In this document: positions 61,742 to 64,000 of the stretch, piece by piece
How positions within the stretch are numbered: position 1 is the first letter of the stretch
Layout of the letters: every line of letters starts with the position of its first letter
Source: an uncultured Candidatus Binatia bacterium
GTDB taxonomy: Bacteria; Desulfobacterota; Binatia; UBA9968; JAJDTQ01
DNA: 64,000 bases
Direction of reading: 5' to 3'
Assembly: GCA_964291295.2 (NCBI GenBank)
Contig: OZ219754.1
Location: forward strand, 2,432,001-2,496,000
The notes under the pieces: model-generated
What the model saw: the letters and a program-made list of their open reading frames with translations, nothing else
Database searches by the model: none
Told to the model about the DNA's origin: nothing
Program-made: the position numbers and the translations under genes

Positions 61742-64000
61742 ATGTCTGCCATCACCACCACGGAGTCACGCGGCCAGCATGCCGGCGGGGACAGGAGCGA
61801 GGCCCGGGGCATTGGCGTCCGGCGTCATTTTACCAGGGCCGGAATCAGTCCATACGACGAGGTCGAGTGGGAGACTCGCTCGGCCACCATCCAGAACGAG
61901 AGTGGAAAGGTGGTGTTCGAGCAGAACAATGTGGAGGTCCCCAAGGCATGGTCGCAGATGGCGACCAACGTGGTTGCCTCGAAATACTTCCGCGGCCCGC
62001 TGGGAACACCCCGGCGGGAGCGCACGGTCCGGCAGCTCGTGAGCCGGGTGGTGGACACGGTCACGGGCTGGGGCCGGGCGGACGGCTACTTCGCCAGCGA
62101 CGATGACGCCCAGGCCTTTTCCGACGAACTCACCCATATCCTGGTGCACCAGAAGGCCTGCTTCAACAGCCCGGTCTGGTTCAACTGCGGCATCGAGGAA
62201 AGGCCCCAGTGCTCGGCCTGCTTCATCCTGTCAGTGGATGATACCATGGAGTCGATCCTCGACTGGTACCGGAAGGAGGGCGTGATCTTCAAGGGTGGCT
62301 CGGGTTCGGGCGTGAACCTCTCCCGGATCCGCTCGTCCAAGGAACAGTTGGGCGGCGGCGGCACCGCCTCGGGTCCGGTTTCCTTCATGCGGGCGGCCGA
62401 CGCCTCGGCGGGGGTCATCAAGTCCGGCGGCAAGACGCGGCGTGCCGCCAAGATGGTGATCCTGGACGCGGACCACCCCGATATCGTGGAGTTCATCAAC
62501 TGCAAGGTGGAGGAGGAGAAGAAGGCGTGGACCCTGATCGAGGCGGGGTACGACGCCAGCCTCGACGGTCCGGCGTACGGCAGCGTGTTCTTCCAGAACG
62601 CCAACAACTCGGTGCGGGTGCCCGACGAATTCATGGAGCGGGTGCTGGACGACGGCGCATGGAACACCCGCTTCGTCACCGATGGTCAGGTGTCCGAGAC
62701 CTTTCGCGCCCGGGACATTCTCAGGATGATCGCCGAGGCGACCCACCTGTGCGGCGACCCCGGCATGCAGTTCGACACCACCATCAACAATTGGCACACC
62801 TGTTCGAACACCGGCCGCATCAGCGGTTCCAATCCATGTTCGGAGTACATGCACCTGGACAACTCGGCCTGCAATCTGGCCTCCCTGAACCTGCTCAAGT
62901 TCCTGCGCGACGACGGGGTGTTCGACATCGAGTCATTCCGCCACACCGTGGGCATCATGGTTACCGCCCAGGACATCCTGGTGGACAACTCCTCCTATCC
63001 CACCGGGGAGATTACGCGGAATGCGCGCGACTTCCGCGAACTGGGGCTGGGATACGCCAACCTGGGGGCGCTGCTCATGTCCCTGGGGCTGCCCTACGAC
63101 TCTGATGCCGGAAGATCCTATGCCGCGGCCGTGACCGCGCTGCTCACCGGCGAGGGGTATCTTCAGTCGGCCCGTGTCGCGGACCGGATGGGCCCCTTCG
63201 GAGGCTACGAGGTCAACCGGGAACCCATGCTCAAGGTGCTCGACATGCACCGCAGCCACGCGCACCGGATCTCTCCGGCGCACGTGCCGCTGGAACTGCT
63301 TACCGCGGTGCGGGACGTGTGGGAAAAGGTGTGCGACGCGGGCCAGTGGCATGGGGTGCGCAACTCGCAGGTCTCGGTGCTGGCACCCACCGGCACCATC
63401 GCCTTCATGATGGACTGCGACACCACCGGGGTGGAGCCCGATATCGCTCTGGTCAAGTACAAGAGGCTCGTGGGCGGCGGCATGCTCACCATCGTGAACC
63501 ATACCGTCCCCCGTTCCCTGAAGCGGCTTGGATACGACGCGAAGCAGGTGCAGGATATCGTGGAGTACATCGACGAGCAGGGTACCATCGAGGGGGCACC
63601 GCACCTGGACGAAGAAGACCTGCCGGTGTTCGACTGCGCGTTCAAGCCCGCCAACGGCAGCCGCTCCATCCACTACATGGGGCACATCCGGATGATGGGC
63701 GCCACCCAGCCGTTCATCTCCGGTGCCATTTCCAAGACCATCAACATGCCGATGGATGCATCGGTGGATGAGATCGCCCGGGCGTATGTGGAAGCGTGGA
63801 AGCTGGGGGTCAAGGCGGTGGCCATCTACCGGGACGGCTCCAAGCGTACCCAGCCCCTGAGCACCGGCGGCAAGGCGGAGGTCCGGAACGAGGCGGCGGA
63901 CTCCCGGCCGCTGCGGAACAAGCTGCCGGATGAGCGCAAGTCCATCACCCACAAGTTCGACATCGCCGGGCACGAGGGCTACATCACCGCGGGCATGTAT
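61742..64000 (+). CDS. nrdJ: Class II (adenosylcobalamin-dependent) ribonucleotide reductase (partial, runs off window end)
   Basis: Not in the ORF track (no stop). Manual reading: WSQMATNVVASKYF, FNSPVWFN, QCSACFI, SGGKTRRAAKM, SNPCSEY, APTGTI, SGAISKT. Confidence 0.95.
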   Translation, partial: MSAITTTESRGQHAGGDRSEARGIGVRRHFTRAGISPYDEVEWETRSATIQNESGKVVFEQNNVEVPKAWSQMATNVVASKYFRGPLGTPRRERTVRQLVSRVVDTVTGWGRADGYFASDDDAQAFSDELTHILVHQKACFNSPVWFNCGIEERPQCSACFILSVDDTMESILDWYRKEGVIFKGGSGSGVNLSRIRSSKEQLGGGGTASGPVSFMRAADASAGVIKSGGKTRRAAKMVILDADHPDIVEFINCKVEEEKKAWTLIEAGYDASLDGPAYGSVFFQNANNSVRVPDEFMERVLDDGAWNTRFVTDGQVSETFRARDILRMIAEATHLCGDPGMQFDTTINNWHTCSNTGRISGSNPCSEYMHLDNSACNLASLNLLKFLRDDGVFDIESFRHTVGIMVTAQDILVDNSSYPTGEITRNARDFRELGLGYANLGALLMSLGLPYDSDAGRSYAAAVTALLTGEGYLQSARVADRMGPFGGYEVNREPMLKVLDMHRSHAHRISPAHVPLELLTAVRDVWEKVCDAGQWHGVRNSQVSVLAPTGTIAFMMDCDTTGVEPDIALVKYKRLVGGGMLTIVNHTVPRSLKRLGYDAKQVQDIVEYIDEQGTIEGAPHLDEEDLPVFDCAFKPANGSRSIHYMGHIRMMGATQPFISGAISKTINMPMDASVDEIARAYVEAWKLGVKAVAIYRDGSKRTQPLSTGGKAEVRNEAADSRPLRNKLPDERKSITHKFDIAGHEGYITAGMY

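Overview
GC-rich bacterial chromosome segment; the gene content resembles Deltaproteobacteria/Binatota-like organisms (inference only). It has three parts. (1) 1-19.7 kb, accessory metabolism and transport: a CoxL/xanthine-dehydrogenase-type molybdoenzyme, a TenA/CADD-like diiron enzyme, a Liv-type ABC transporter, 3-hydroxyanthranilate dioxygenase, a MetE-like enzyme, tandem amidohydrolases and a stand-alone carboxyltransferase. (2) About 19.84-39.30 kb, a ~19.5 kb integrative island. It carries two coupled tyrosine integrases, a decaying backbone (DUF2493/SLOG, ssb with an ATA start, a frameshifted Zn-finger repeat gene) and one intact, tightly coupled nine-gene defence operon: FitA/VapC TA, type I R-M (hsdR-M-S), Vsr, C5 DNA methyltransferase, a MORC/GHKL ATPase fused to a histidine kinase, and a large receiver-domain protein. 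(3) 39.4-64 kb, core and metabolic genes: an opine dehydrogenase/enolase/M24/cyclodeaminase cluster, mltA, ctaG-like, lgt, rlmD, mlaFED, a tRNA methyltransferase, dciA-like, and class II RNR nrdJ with tandem NrdR boxes. The most interesting item is the phosphorelay-containing methylation module grafted onto a TA plus type I R-M operon. No rRNA, tRNA or CRISPR array was recognised. All calls come from reading motifs by eye; no database search was run.
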